Shown piece by piece: positions 26,266 through 40,534 of a stretch of DNA of 64,000 nucleotides. How positions within the stretch are numbered: position 1 is the stretch's first letter; each line of letters opens with the position of its first letter. This DNA is from Callorhinchus milii (lineage: Eukaryota), in the NCBI RefSeq assembly GCF_018977255.1, contig NW_024704742.1:113338001-113402000 (forward strand), written 5' to 3'. The notes under the pieces were generated by a model. It was given only the letters and a program-made list of their open reading frames with translations, made no database searches and was not told where the DNA came from. Position numbers and translations under genes: made by a program.

Positions 26266-29200
26266 CGAAAAAGATAGACGAAAGAAGATAGCTTACTTGC
26301 TAACTTGTATCTGGTGCTCGTTCTTACACAGACAGAGCATTATGCCCACTTAATAATTATGGCCTTGGTCAAAACTAATGGCAGATCCCCTTATTATCAC
26401 TAGGAGGTCCAAGGGAAACATATGTACCCCCATCAATGGAAGGTGACCTATTTGCTCTCCCCAATTTTGCAAAGGAGTTATCTACTGCTCGTTTTTTCAA
26501 GTAATAGGAGGTAAATTAGAGAGCAGTAGTCAGACTGCTTTACTTTTCTATTTGTGGACAGTGTTGGACTACACTGATGATCTTCGATTGTGAGATGCAT
26601 TTACATGGCTATGAAGGGGAGAGAACCAAGGGATTTATCTGGGTTATACAGTATCAGGTGTATAAGCTTAATGCATCCACATTATATTCCACCTATCATT
26701 TATTACCCCACATATTTATAATTTGTCTAGATCCCTTTGAATTTTTTCAATCTCTCTTCTGGTATATCAGCTTGATAGCATTATGGAGAGTCGGCATGGC
26801 ACAGGCATGAAGGGCTTAAATGGCTTCTTCTTTACTCTCCTTGGTGTGTGGGGAGTGGGGGGAGGTGGGGGGAGTAAGCAGGATCTTTTTGGAACTGAAT
26901 AGGCTCCAAAGTGATGTGTTTGTAAAATGCAAAGTGTTTCTTACCAGAGAACTCCAAAAGTCAATAATAATAATTTGGTCACTCAATCCACGACTGTTTG
27001 TTGGGCACTGCTGTCCGCAATTGGCTGCCGCAATTTGCCCACAAAATATGCAGCCAATTCACTTAGAAACATTTCTAAGACGTGATAAGGTGCTATATCA
27101 AATGCAAGGATTGTTATTATTATTATTATCATTATTATTATTATTATTGTGTCCCAGGAGGCTTTTTATTTATGATTGTACAAGCTGCAGACCAAAGCAG
27201 GGTCCATTGAATGGTTACCTGCAGGAAATTCATTCACACCTTTGAACATTCTGGTCATTTGCTCCTAAAGTAAACTTGAAAAGCTGAACTGCAGGCTGAT
27301 GACATTTGCATTGCAGTTATAGGTTGGTACTTTCCAATATTTAGCCTGTTACAGTTGTGTGTAAATATGTTGTATTCATCCCCAGAATAGCTATTAAATC
27401 CATATAATGAAACAAGTAAATAATTAAACTGTTTTAATCTTTTCAGTTATTAATATCCCTAAAATTACAGTAAAAATAATCATAATACTCTTTCACTACA
27501 ACACAAATCCCTGCTCATAAATTCACCACAGCTTCAGGAGAGTTAGAAACAAAAACAAATCTTCAAATTTGACCAAGTTTATCTGTGCAACTAATACGGT
27601 AATGTCCTGCTTTATTCCCTCAGGTCTATCTGTAGGAGAATTGTTGCACTGATGGGACAGTGGAAGAGGAATTTCTCCTTTCAGTCTCACTGATTTGAGA
27701 AGGTGATTGCTGTCTTGGGAGAGATAATGATCCCAACCTCAAGGCTTAGACAGAATGTGCTTCCTCTGGTTTCAGTTACACATTTTCAGATGATTTTTAT
27801 ATTGTCTCAATTTCTGTTGTCTGTCTCCGAAAATTATTTTATTAGCGAATCCTCACCAATAATACCTCACCCTAACACATGGGTAGCAGATGTCTTGAGG
27901 GCTCAATTTACATCAGTCTTTTTGATCCATCATACACAAATCAATGATGCTGTGCTTCAACAGAACCTCATTGTCAGTCTCTCTTGTGGATCTAACTTCC
28001 AGGATCCTGCTCCAGCTCCACACATAACTGGCTGGACAAATCATACTTCAACATATTCACCTACATTGTTTCTCCTATTGCACATTGTCTTCTAGTGGTA
28101 AGAGAGTTCAAGATAATAGTAATAACAATTCTTATACTTGATCTAGCACCTTTCATGTCAGAAGGGCACCTCAAAGCATTTTATCAGATTTAGTGTAAAA
28201 TGCAGTGAGTGTGTATTTTGTAGATGAGTGGTGTACAGTTAACAATAAAAAGTCATGCATTTGATATAGCTCCTTATCACATTAAAGAACTTCACATTGT
28301 TTGCTGTGAAGTATGGTGTATAGCATTTATAGGAGAATACAGCAGTCAATTGTGTAATGCAATATCCCACAAACAGCCAAGAAGTGATTTTTTAAACTGT
28401 ATAATTGTTGGGCAGAACACCACAAGATATTTTCTTCTCTTTTCAAACAAATCACATAAGACCTTAATTTCCACCAGAACAGGCAGACAAGAATTGGTTT
28501 AACATCTCATCGGAAGGACAGCACTTCTGACAATACAGCACTGAACAGGCACACAATCAAATAGTTTGTATCACCACTCTTCAGGAACTATTACGGATTC
28601 TAATGTGAAGCAGACAATGTAAATGTCATTTACTATTATCTGTCATTGTCTATTATCGGGACCATATCATGAGCAGCCTGTGAATAGATATTTTAGATTC
28701 TCTAAATATTACCCCAGAGTACTCGTAATTGTTTATGATTGTTTTTCCCTTTGAAAAGGTTATATGATCCCAGGAGAGACAGACCATCTGGAACATTTAT
28801 AGGTTTTTCCTTCATCTCTCATGGATGCACAATGGTTTAACTCCTGAGCCTGAATTAGCTAAGAAATGTGTATTTCTCTTCAATCTTGCTGTTTCAAGTA
28901 ACCATGGTCCAAATTGAAATAAGAATATTGAAATAATGTGCACTTGCACTTCATTGGAAATTATATAAAGTTCTTTTTATAATATCCCATACCTCGGAGA
29001 ACTTTATTCAATAGCAACTTGCAATTATATAGCTCCCTTCATGTAGGACAACATCACAGAATGTTTCATAAAGGGTTGGATGCCGGCGAAGAGGGAGAGA
29101 GGGAGAAAGTGAGATGACAAGAAGTGATAAGGAGGTTTATCAATGAAGCCATGAAACCTTGAAAAAACAGATCAATATCGTAATTTAAGACTATGCAAAA

Positions 29201-31359
29201 TTTGGAAAATTCTTAAATTCCATGGAAAATCAAATCCCAAGTTAATATCAAATGTAGCAATTTTCTAACTACAGTAAGGGGATTGGGTGTGGGGGGGCTG
29301 TGTGGGCTTTGTCAAGTGTTAGAGGAGAAAATTGAGCCAATTATTGTTTTCTTTCAGGAGAGCTAACAACTGAATAAATAAGATGGAAGAGCGGCGGTGA
29401 AGAGGATTGGGGGAAGTTTTTCTAAAAAATATAGCTTTTGCAATCAAAAGAGACAAGGAAATGGTTGGTATTTCATCTTAAGTAGTTTCCTTTCATGAAG
29501 TTGAGGGATGACAAAACATTGGCTGTTTTTGTACTTTCCTCCAGGTTACAGTGCTCCCAGCCTACCTGTGACAGGAGCCATGTTGTGTTTCTGTTTTATT
29601 GCTGCAATAAATGACTCTGCAATCCTCTCCTCAGGAGAACACACCCTGCATACAGTACATCCTCACATTTTAAATGGTTTAGTTTTAGGGTTTCTCTTTG
29701 ATTGATGAATTGAGTGACAATGTAGTCTTGTATTTTGCCAGAGGTGTGTAAACCATGCACTGGGTTGACATAACCAGAACCAGTTTAACTCAACACTGTT
29801 AGCATCAGATAAAAATGTGGTGATGTCTTAACATTGCTTCCCAAATGTCCAATAGACCACTCATTCCTACAAAACAGAATATTTTGAAACTGCTTACATT
29901 AATTTCCTAGTATTTAACCAGCAACCTTTAGCAATTGTTTGTGTTTATTAGTAATTTCTAGTAGCCTGGATAATGCTCATATAATACATAACCCAACAAT
30001 AATGGTTTTCCAAATCTTGTTAGAAATGCCTGGGAGCCTATAATTTAATGGTGGAGAGAGAATGTTAGCTCTTTTACAATGGTCTCTGAAGACTGCGCTT
30101 CAAAGCTTTCTAAAATAACACTTTACATGGATCTCAGATTTCATGAAAAATTCCATTTTCGCACTGGATAATAGTTACCAAAGTGCTGGTCCGTAGAACT
30201 ACAGCAAATTTGGAAAACTGGGCATTATTTGCGCTCACGTAATACAGTCAAACCACTTTACAGTATATCCAGTGAAGCACTTTGAGATGCCTCAATGATG
30301 TCATAAGGCATTAGATCAAATGCAAGGATTATTATTAATATTATATTCATATTATTTATAAGTGACTTTGGGAGTGCAAATACAGTCCATAGTGTGATCA
30401 CTATCATCAGTAATATTTATCATAGCACATCTCGCACTCTGCCCCCATAGATTACTCAAAATACTCCAAATGTTATCATTTTAGTCTGCTGTTTCAATAA
30501 ACGAATATTTTTTCTATAGACACAACACCTTGCATGTATATAGCACCCTCACACAGGATAGCATGCCTGAGTGCTTAGTGTTAGTGAAACCATTAGTATA
30601 AAGTTCTAAATGCCTGTAGAAATTTTAGTTCTGAAATATGTAACCCTTTACACATCTGCTGTAGACGATACAGTGATAAATCCATTACTTTATAAGATTT
30701 TTAAAAAATTATATATACGTTTTAGAAAGCTTAGTTCATCTTTTTTCTGGTGAACATCAATGACATTTCTACAAACATCAACATTCCTCTTTCCTTTTAG
30801 TCTGATCAACAAATACACAGTTATATAAAATTGAGGCTTACTGAAATCTTTCACTATAAAGCCTTTCACGAAAATTCCCCTGAAGTGGTTTTTTCGATAA
30901 AATTACAGTATTTCTGGAATTAACCAATTTTGGCCAAAGTGTATTGTTATTGGCAGAAATTCAAGTCTTAATCATTTGAAGCCTAATGTCCTAATCACAG
31001 TCCAAGGTAAACACTTCTGCATAGCTCATTATAATTATTGCTAGTGGGTAACATAGAAGAAACATCTCAATCCACAACTGTTTGTGAGACACAAAATACA
31101 CAGTCAATCCACTTTACAATATATTCTGTGAAGCGCTTTAGGATGTCCTCCCGACGTGAAAAGCGCTGTATCAAATGCAAGGATTATTATTATTATTATT
31201 TTTAACATAATAAGTCAGGATGAGAATACGCAAGTGGCCCCGAAAGATTATCCTACTTGGGTGAGCATATATGAGGCATCCTCATTTCTTAAAATTTGTA
31301 ATTAACATTATTAATGTTGTTTGAGAAATTCTTATATTAAAAATGAAACAATCCGATTT

Positions 31360-31730
31360 AAATTTACATTTGTACAACATCTTTTGCATCGGGAGGATGT
31401 CCCGAGGTGCTAGACAGTCAAGGTTTTCACCCAGGATAGGGGTGGGGGTGGGCGGTGGTGGAAAGATGGCTGAAAATATGATCAAAGAGGAATGTTTTGA
31501 GGTGGACCTTAAAAAAGGCGAGTCAAAGGAATTCTGGAATGGCGTTCCAGAGAGTGGGGGCAGATACACTGAAAACACAACTACCAATAGTGGAGTGGGT
31601 GGTGTTAGTGGCTTGGGAAACATGAAGCAGGCCGGTGCCTGTTCTGCAGAGAGAGTGGCTGGGTTGGTAGGGTTTGAGGAGGTCGCTGACATAGGGTGGG
31701 GCAAGACTGCGGAGGGATATATCCCGGGCC
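31360..31730 (-). mobile_element. Decayed L2 3' fragment
   Basis: LAPPYVSDLL, APTLWN and the L2 tail. Confidence 0.75.
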
Positions 31731-34707
31731 TGATATGTTATGATACATCCAAACACACTATGTTTATTATTAAATGATTCCTTAGTGCTTCATGTGATTT
31801 GATTGGGGAAGCTTCCCATTTGTTCAGATCAAATGGCTGCAACTTGACACCATCCCATGGCATATAACTGTTTCCACTACATATGATGTAAAGAATAAGG
31901 AAATGTAAAGGAAAAGGAGGAGTACTTGCCGTCCCTTTTCTCTCCAGAAGTGCTTTTTTTGGATGTCACCCAGGTGCTAGCCTGGCTGAGTCACAAGGTT
32001 GTGGGTCTTGATCAGGACTTGAACCCACAACCTTGTGACTGCTCCATTGTTTGAGGTGCCATCCTTCGGATCAGACATTAAATCAAGATCCCATCTGCCT
32101 GCTCAGATGAATGTTAACGATCCCACAGCAGCAATTTCTGCTGATGTCCTGGCCAACACTTCCCCCACTCCCCCCCCAAATTAAAACAATAACAACAATA
32201 TTACATTTAGTAAAGCGCTTTTCACGTCGGGAAGATGTCCCAAGGCAATGGACAGTCAGGGTTTCGGACAATAGTCAATCGTGTCATAGCTCTTTGCTGT
32301 GTCCATATTGGCTGCCACATTCGCCTAAAAATATAGTAATTACATTTCACAGTAAAATCCTGTGAAGCATTTTGAGACATCTCGATGATCTGATAAGGTT
32401 CAATATTAATCGCTTTTCAGGTCCAAAGCTCTGACTCCCATTGAAGTAAATGGAGAAATGTGGCTCAGAGGCTTGTCCTATAATTTATGAAGGGTGTATT
32501 GAATGCCTGTATAGATCTCAAGTGGCAGGTCTCCATGAGAGTATAAATGCATCATTATTGACAGCAATTCCTTGCTGAAGGGCTTTCAGACATTGGGTTT
32601 AAATGAAAGGGTTAGACATAATACACATTGCATTTGATTCAGCAACTATATCTTTGAAATTACCTAATTTGCTGTAATTTCCACGAACATATGGTTTAGG
32701 TATTGCTGTGATTGCCACAACTGCAACATTGTCATTAGATATACTATATTGATGTGTGCATGAAAATATGAACATGCATAATTCCTACATTATCTGGGAC
32801 TTCTTGAGCTCCAACATCTATCATCCCAACACTTTCCAAACTCTGAAACTAATCTACTTCTACCTCTTATTTTCATGCCATTTTTTTTTAGACCTGGGGG
32901 CTCTCCATCTACAGAATCGGAACCTTCTGTTCTGTGGTAGCTTCACCTTTGATTACAGCCGTGAGAAATGATGATTCGTTGCATGGAAATTCCTTCCAGT
33001 AGTACATCGTTCTCTGCTTGTGGGACATTACTGGGTGCAAATTGTCTGTCGCATTCGACTATAAGTTACACAACCATTACATTTTACAATAATTCCTGTA
33101 AAGCATGTTGAGTGCATCTCGGCAACATGATAAGGCACAATATCAAAATGCAAGGGTTGCTATTGATATGTTTTCACAAAAACTTGTCAGAATATCAGCC
33201 TTTTTCACTGAGAGACGTTTGCGCAAAAATTCTGATTCTACAGCGAGATGCTCTGAATATATTCACCTAAATTGGATTGGTAAAGTCGTTTGGGATTGTG
33301 AAATACTCACTGCATTGACAGTACTTCCTCATTAGCTGCTCATAGCAACAAAATCTCAGCCCTGCAGAATTTCGGGCACTGCTGCAAATCCATTAAATCT
33401 ATTAGCATTCGGAATGTTGGTGCAACCTTTTTTCACCAACAGAGGAATTTGTGGGCTTTACTGCTGCTTGTACAGAGAATGCTAACAACATGATGGATGT
33501 GCTCAACTCTGAACTCAAGGGCTTTTGTTACATGAAACACTTACAACGCACAAGCCCATCTAAAACAGTATGTTTTTTTTTGGCCCAACTGTTCTGAGTT
33601 TATAATAAATAACAATAATCAATTGACATTTGATATAAAAATTAATAATCCTTGCACTTATTGTAGCATCTTTCATGTCGGGAGGATGTCTCAAAGTGCT
33701 TCACAAGATATACTATGGTGTAGTGACTGCTTGTTCTATAGGTGAACGTGGCAGCCAATTTATGCACTGCAATGTCCCAAGGTGCCTTACCTCTTCATTG
33801 AAACATCTCAAAGCGCTGCACAGGATTGCTTTTTACAGTAAAGTGTAGCTATTTGTATTTTTGTAAGTGAATGCATGGTTGATTGTAAGACAGATCTGGC
33901 ATCAGTATCTCACTACAAAAATAATTTTTAAAGTTAGCCCGAGCTTGCTTTTGTTAGACAGAAAGGTCTTGTTCCCCGAGTACATTTGATAAACCGCCTA
34001 ATCACATTTTCGAGACGTCTCAAAGCGCTTCACAGAATATACTGTAAAGTGATTTGTGGGCAAAATATACTTCACCTTTTGAACTACCCTTAGTACCTGA
34101 ACTACATTTGAATCAATAATACAGTATGAAACATGGTAAAGGGATCTTCCTATTTCCCAAACAACAACAACAAATTACATTTGTAAAGCACCTTTTACTT
34201 CGGGAGGACAACCCGCAAGGCGTTGGACACGATTCTTTCAAATGAAAAGTAATCAATGTCGTACAGTGATATAAATCTGGTTTATATTTGATATGGGTAC
34301 AGTTGAGTGCAGCCTATCCCAAAAATGACATCTATGGCTTATCAATAAAGGGTAACACACCTTTGAGCTTTAGAGGATTTGCAATACCTTTCCAACAGGG
34401 TTACCCCTATAGCTGCATATAGCTGAAAGCGCTTCACAGGATATACCATGGAGCATGGACACAGTGTGAGGCATTATGGAGCAGTCTTGTGAGTTTTTCA
34501 AGACAATAGCGCCCCTCATTGAAATTGAAACTATCAACAGCTTCCAATAAAACATTGATCGCTTGGTGAAACTAATAACCCAGCAATAAATCACACTTAA
34601 ACGACAACCAGGACAACCGATCTTTCCTGGGAAGCAGCTGAGCGGATGTGGTTTCTATTTCGCTTCACCGAATTAGGGGAAATCGTGTTGTGCAATGGAG
34701 AGACCAG

Positions 34708-34730
34708 GAGAGAGAGAGAGAGAGAGAGAG
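34708..34730. repeat. (GA)n microsatellite
   Basis: Read directly from the sequence. Confidence 0.95.
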
Positions 34731-35070
34731 TGCCAACGTTTGCAAAGTGATGTGAGAGAGTGTCCTTGACCGTTTGCAAGTGATGTGAGACCTTTAAACT
34801 GCCCTTTGATGAAAAGTGTGCTTGTAAGATTGAGGAGTCGCAGCCTCCTGTCAAAGGGGATGCTCTGTGCTGAAATATGCACCAATTCCCTCTCCCAGAA
34901 AGGACCGCCCTCACCCCAGCAAACCTGAGATCTGCCTCTCACCATCAGCTACTCCTTACGCTGGACGTTTCGAAGTAGACTTGAGGTGATGATGTCTTTT
35001 AATAAGGAAAGATCCCAGTTCCATGCGTGAATAAATAAGACAGCCACACACTTCCACTTGTGGCAATGTA

Positions 35071-35094
35071 TGTGTGTGTGTGTGTGTGTGTGTG
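35071..35094. repeat. (TG)n microsatellite
   Basis: Read directly; further TG/CA runs at ~35380-35397 and ~35998-36015. Confidence 0.95.
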
Positions 35095-35469
35095 TCCTGT
35101 GTTAATCATTCTGCCCACAACCCACTCCTCCACCCTTTGCCAGTTGCAGGAAACCTGTGAGAGGGAACAAGGAACAAGGGACAAGCCACACTCTGGCGGA
35201 AAAGAAAACTCACTGGAAAAAAAAGTTAGATCCAGGATGAGAACCCCCCCCCCCCCCACCACCCACAAAAAAAAAACGCCCACAAAGTGTGTTCTGACAC
35301 ATCTCTCTGTGTCCCAGATCTTCCTGATGTGAACTCAATGATCTCCTCTACATGTTTACATGATCTGATTTATCCCAAATGTGTGTGTGTGTGTGTGGGT
35401 GGGGTTGACTGTCTGATGTTTGTGAACATGTGTGTGAGAGTGGGGGTAGGGTGGGGGTTGGAGGGGGAG

Positions 35470-35685
35470 GGATGGAATAAGGTTACATGTTGTACCTTTG
35501 GAACAGGCTTTGCTTGAGAGAAACTCATAATAAGTTTTGGAGGCGTACGTAACTATCTAATGACGCCGCGCCTCCTTCTTCCTGGTGAGAAAAAGAAGTG
35601 TCTCCTTGGCTCCAGGACCTAGATCCTAAAGTCTCAGAGCCAGAGACGGACCACTGGAGCAACCACACAAGGAGTCCAGCAAAAG
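35470..35685 (+). other. HAPLN1: Putative non-coding first (leader) exon of HAPLN1; start approximate
   Basis: Repeat-free, relatively CpG-containing segment ending in a strong donor AAG|GTGAG (35685/35686). A second donor CTG|GTGAGA lies at 35584/35585. It is upstream of the coding exon, which begins with an acceptor and so requires an upstream UTR exon. Confidence 0.5.
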
Positions 35686-36985
35686 GTGAGCTCCTTCTTC
35701 TGTCTGTCTGCCTTCCTGCACCAACTCCAAAGAAAGAGAGAGAGAAAGAGAGAGAGAAATCCCTACATTGAGGCAGCCACAGAGAAAGTTTAGCAGCAAA
35801 TCTGCAAAGTTTTTTTTTCTTTTTGCGTGTGTTTTTTTTCTCTGGCTGGAGGAGGGAAAAGAAAGAACCCTTTGACAGGTTCTGAGCAATATTTTTGTCT
35901 GGGGTGGGGTGGGATGGGGGGAAACTCCTTGATCGCTGTCTGTCACCTAAAGTGAGTTGCAGAGCAGCAGGTTTGCTTGTCAGAGAAAGATGCACATACA
36001 CACACACACACACACAAAGTGGGGAGTTTATTATCGATTAGGTTATTAGCTGGTAATTCAGACACTATTTAAGAGTACTAATTTTTTTACCCCTCACTCC
36101 CCCCCCAAAAAAAAGAAACGTGCAACGTTGCAACTCTTCCTTTCCACACTTAACATCTGCTGCCCTGGCTCTTATCTGAAGCTTTTTGATTGCAATGTTG
36201 ATTTGGATTCTTGAAGACACATTTAAATTTGCGGGTTATCTTGTGCTGTGTAAATCAGACAGGATTACAGGCTGACAGAGGGTTGTGTTCTCTCTCGGCT
36301 TGAAGTGATCTTTTTTTGGGGGGGAGCAGGATTTATAACGTGCAATTTATATATTCTCAGGCAGCACCAAGGATCAGTCGCAGTGTTGAAAGTCTCTTGA
36401 CTTCAACTTAAGTGTAATGTCCATTTCATGAGCTGTTACTGCCCTGTGTTTAGTTACATTGGACACTGGTTCACCTGTGAGATGCTTCTCATTCCCCTTT
36501 TACAGACACACTCACACTCACACACATCAACCAGTGTGTACCCCATGCACAGGCTGATCTGGTCAATTGCACGTTAAGTGTTTTTTTTTTCATCCGAAGG
36601 GCATTTGCAGGGAAGATTGCAGATGAATTGAGTGTTTTGGCCGCCGAGCAGAATAGTTCTGCGATGAGAACTTGTGTTCTTGAATAAATTCCTCCCTTCG
36701 TTTTCACTCTGTGGGCTTTTTAGCAAACATTAGACACAGGTATTTGTGTCCACCCCCTCCACGATGGATACATCTCAATCAGGACCAGGCTCAATTGTGG
36801 TCCATTTACGTGTTTAATGGTGTTTAATGGTGCTGGTCGATGTTATGTGTTACTTACTGAATGGTTAGTCTGAGGTTCTGACTGAGTGGATCGTGTCCTA
36901 GGACGATTTGTGGATTCAAAAGATCTTGGAAGTGAGACAGTTTGTGCAGTGGGTGTTGTGTGTCTGTTGATGGTGTGGAGAAGAT

Positions 36986-37032
36986 GGAGGAGGAGGAGGA
37001 GGAGGAGGAGATGGAGGAGGAGGAGATGGAGG
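36986..37032. repeat. (GGA)n-rich trinucleotide repeat
   Basis: Read directly; explains the poly-Ser and poly-Arg ORFs here. Confidence 0.9.
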
Positions 37033-37619
37033 AAGGGTCTAAATGTTCAAAATAAGATTGAAATGTCCAGATCCCATCTAAACCATTGCTTTGAGTACAT
37101 CTACTCACGAATCCGAGTTAAATGAAGCGTTTCAGCAAATATTGACTGCTCGTAAAGTCTAAATGAGAAGTTGTAAGTGTTGACTCTCGAACCCACTGCA
37201 GAGGATCAGTGGATTTTTATTATTTTTTTTCCAAAAAAAAAATTAAAAGCATCGCAGACCGTGATGTAGATTTGCCTGTGGTAAATTTCAACCAAGTGTA
37301 TCTGTTGGCCTTTTGACTGCAACTCCTTAAACTAGACTTGCAGTCAGTCAAGTCAGTCAGTCAGTCAGTCAGTTACCTGGCTGAAAAGGTTGCTTGTAAT
37401 GTTGAAATGACAAGCTGTTCTTTTGGTGAAAATATGTGTGTTAAAAAAAAAAGATCTGAGCAGTCCTGAACTTTGCACATTTTTTAAGATGACGGGGAAA
37501 AAAAGCAGCTGGCAAAACACAAATATTGTGTGGGGAGCAATCGAGTCAATGCAGTCTTTTATGTACATGGAATGAATGGGAGGTTTTGTGCGTTTATGAA
37601 GACATTTCTACAGTCGCCA

Positions 37620-37635
37620 AGTGCCATCTACTGGC
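37620..37635 (-). promoter_or_regulatory. CTCF-like core motif
   Basis: Minus strand reads GCCAGTAGATGGCACT, close to the CCASYAGRKGGCRS consensus. Confidence 0.45.
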
Positions 37636-38499
37636 ATTTTGCAGAAAATGCTTCTGATCACAGCGCCGATTATGAGATTCGGAATGTAATGCAATAATAA
37701 TATAGTTATCAGAAGGATATAAACATAGGAACTGCTATGCTATAAAGGAAGACCATCTCATCCCCTTTACCACCCTGGGAGTCCCATGCTACAATAATGG
37801 AGATGCTAATAGCAATTAATTCTGTAGAGATTAGTCTATACAGTGGAAAGCTTTGGGAACCTCGAGACATTATTTGGAATACCCTTTTCCTATTTTCAAG
37901 ATTTGTAACTATTAGTGTTATTTGGGGAGTTTTGCACATTTGATTATTTTTAAGAAAGTTTATTCGTTTGCATGTATTACGAGGCTGTATTGCACTTTAT
38001 TGCAAGATAAATCTAACGGGCAAAAATATTTTCTTATATCAAAAGACAAATATGGAGTAAGTCCCCAAAAATCATCAATCTAGGTAGATGTCATCAGTTA
38101 GAAGTATAATACAACTGACTAGAAAAATCCTGTATATGAAATCCCTTCTCAGTGTTATCCAGAATTGCTGAAACAGACATAACATTAACTTTATAATCTG
38201 GATCCAAGTACAACATTTGTTCTCATCATCACACTGCTGAGTATTGTGCCAACACGAGCAGTCAACTTTAGCCCACTAGCAACTTGTAAAAGAACATGAT
38301 TTCAAATCGTAAATTATTGTGCTCTTAGATTAAATTCAAATAAAGTGAATGCATGTCCTGAGGTTTGAGTACACCATTTCTTGGTAAACTAATGTTTTAA
38401 TGTGATTTAGCTTTATTTTAATTCAGTACTTAGAAAATGTCATTTCAAATTCAGGTCGATATCCTCAACTATCTTCTGGAAGATCCATTGCCCTCTTAT

Positions 38500-38845
38500 A
38501 CTGTAGTGTAGTGGTTAGCTCGGTCACCTCGCAAGGGAGAGGACCTGGGTTTGGATTCTTGGGTGGGGCAAAAGCTTAGGCAAGTTTCCTTGCTCCACAG
38601 GCCTCTGTTTACGTAGCAGTAAGTAGGAACCTGGTTGTTAGTAATTGGTTGTTTGCTTTCTGGGGAAAATACTTCCTCCAAAAGAAAAAAAAATCACTCA
38701 ATACACCACTGTTTGTGAGACATTGCTGTGCACAATCGCCCACAAAACACACAGTCAAATCCACTTTACAATATATTCTATGAAGTGTTTTGAGACGTCT
38801 CAACGACGTGATAATGCACTGTATCAAATGCAAGGATTATTATTT
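38500..38845 (+). mobile_element. tRNA-derived SINE, long diverged variant
   Basis: Diverged head plus extra segment gcctctgtttac.tagcagtaagtaggaacc and the common tail. Confidence 0.85.
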
Positions 38846-40534
38846 TTGCAATATGAAGTATTTATACTGTAGTCTAAAAAAAAGTGAGACCCAGAACAAT
38901 TGGGTGTGGTCTAAACCAATGTCTAATTTTGCAAATAAAATAGTCAGATTTCTACCTTGTATTTTGTTTCTGTTAAATAAGTTGATATCTTAATTTTATC
39001 TGAAACCAGTAGATTATTTTTAGAAGCTTATTGTGAGTCTAAGACTCATTTTATTGCCTCTTGATGTCATAAACTCTGTAAATTGCTCTTGAAGTACTCG
39101 AAGATTTTGATATAGAATTACCTCGAACATTACAGCATAGTCTATGCTGCTGTTTACATTCCAAATGAGCCTCCACCCACCTTATCCCCTCACCCATACC
39201 TTTATATTTCTTAATTATTTGACTAACTATTGGTAGTGTCTCCTTTACATTAATCGAACCCAGGTCCTCTCGCTTCCAAGGCAAGTGCTCTAACCATTAA
39301 GCTACAGGACTTCACATCCATCAATAACTATGGGAAGCCATAAAATTTTGAAATGAAATGACATCTGACCTAACTTGGTAAAAACAATCACTTTCAAATC
39401 AACCGTCTTTTGTCAGTTTGACAGTAACACTTAAAACATCCAACATGCACTTATCCCCACCAGCATTTCATTCATTTACAGTTCAATATACTCTGTGTGA
39501 CCTTTTGCTCTTGGCATGAAACTCCATGCAAAGAGCAAGTTTCTTTCCCTGACACTCAACGATTGTGAGTTTAAAATGCTGTTTTATTGCTTTGCTGAGC
39601 TTCAGCCATTTTACAGGATTTGAACCTAACAGCTTTACTTCATGTTTCCTTCTCTAATGTGCCGCATACATTGATCACATACAATACTTATATATAAAAC
39701 TCAGCTTCATGATGATGTAATCGCATCTTTGCTGTGCATCCGGGATTCAATTGAAGTTTTTTTTTCCAAAAGGCAAATGTGAGATGTTTAATATCTTCCA
39801 GATTCTACATTTTAAAAAGGTACCGATGTTGACCACATGTATTACCTGTGTCCTTGTGGGTGTATCATTTTATTTACATACATATGTATACATGCACCAC
39901 ATATCCTGATCCTTTTTTTCATTGTTCACAATAACTAATACATGATTAATGGAAATGGACTTACTCACATTTAATTACAAAGAGATGGAATTTGTAAGTT
40001 TCATCCAGGATGTGCTTCCTGCTCAGTCCACACTAATAACCCAAAGTTACCATGTGTTTCCTGCCAGATTCCATTGAATGTTGTTAAAAGTGCTGTGTTT
40101 ATTGTTTTGACTTTATTTAGGAATATATGGCGTTTTTTTGGTCAGCCGGGTGTCTGACACATGGAATATATGTGGTAGCAATGACTTCAGATTAATTCAT
40201 CTAAGAGAGAAATTCGCTCTTCAGTTGTTCTCACTTTAAATTCAAATGGATTTAGCCAAGTGAACGGTTAAATCAGCCAAAAAAACAAGGTGACATCATT
40301 TGGTTATCTGGAAATTATTTGGAAAGCGGCTTGAAATCTAATATTTCAATGTGTGAGTTTAATAATAAATTGGCTCTTGCAATTTCTATCAGTGGCCAAG
40401 TATTCTGTGTGTACTTTTAGAAGTTGCCCTTTGTGCAATGACATAGATTAATTTTATGAGCAGCTTGGAGTGCAAACATTCATAAACCTTCAGGGAGTTA
40501 AGAGTTTCCAGTGTTGGTGTCTAAATCGAATCTT

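Larger units (their letters stand above)
34600..35560 (+). promoter_or_regulatory. Putative HAPLN1 promoter region
   Basis: Transposon-free island with GA, TG and C-run microsatellites, RUNX-type TGTGGTT (~34647), TCF/LEF-type CCTTTGATG (34803-34811), AT-rich CATAATAA (~35526) and a CRE half-site TGACG (35561). Motif matches only. Confidence 0.4.

Noticed and set aside
35525..36013. 162-aa minus-strand ORF over the putative exon 1
   Set aside because: Starts in a (TG)n repeat, is low complexity and has no recognisable domain.
36854..37125. ORFs with poly-Ser and poly-Arg runs
   Set aside because: Translations of the (GGA)n repeat, with no other coding signal.
39506..39539. 14-bp near-perfect hairpin ttgctcttggcatg / catgcaaagagcaa
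   Set aside because: Too short for a pre-miRNA, single occurrence, no supporting context.
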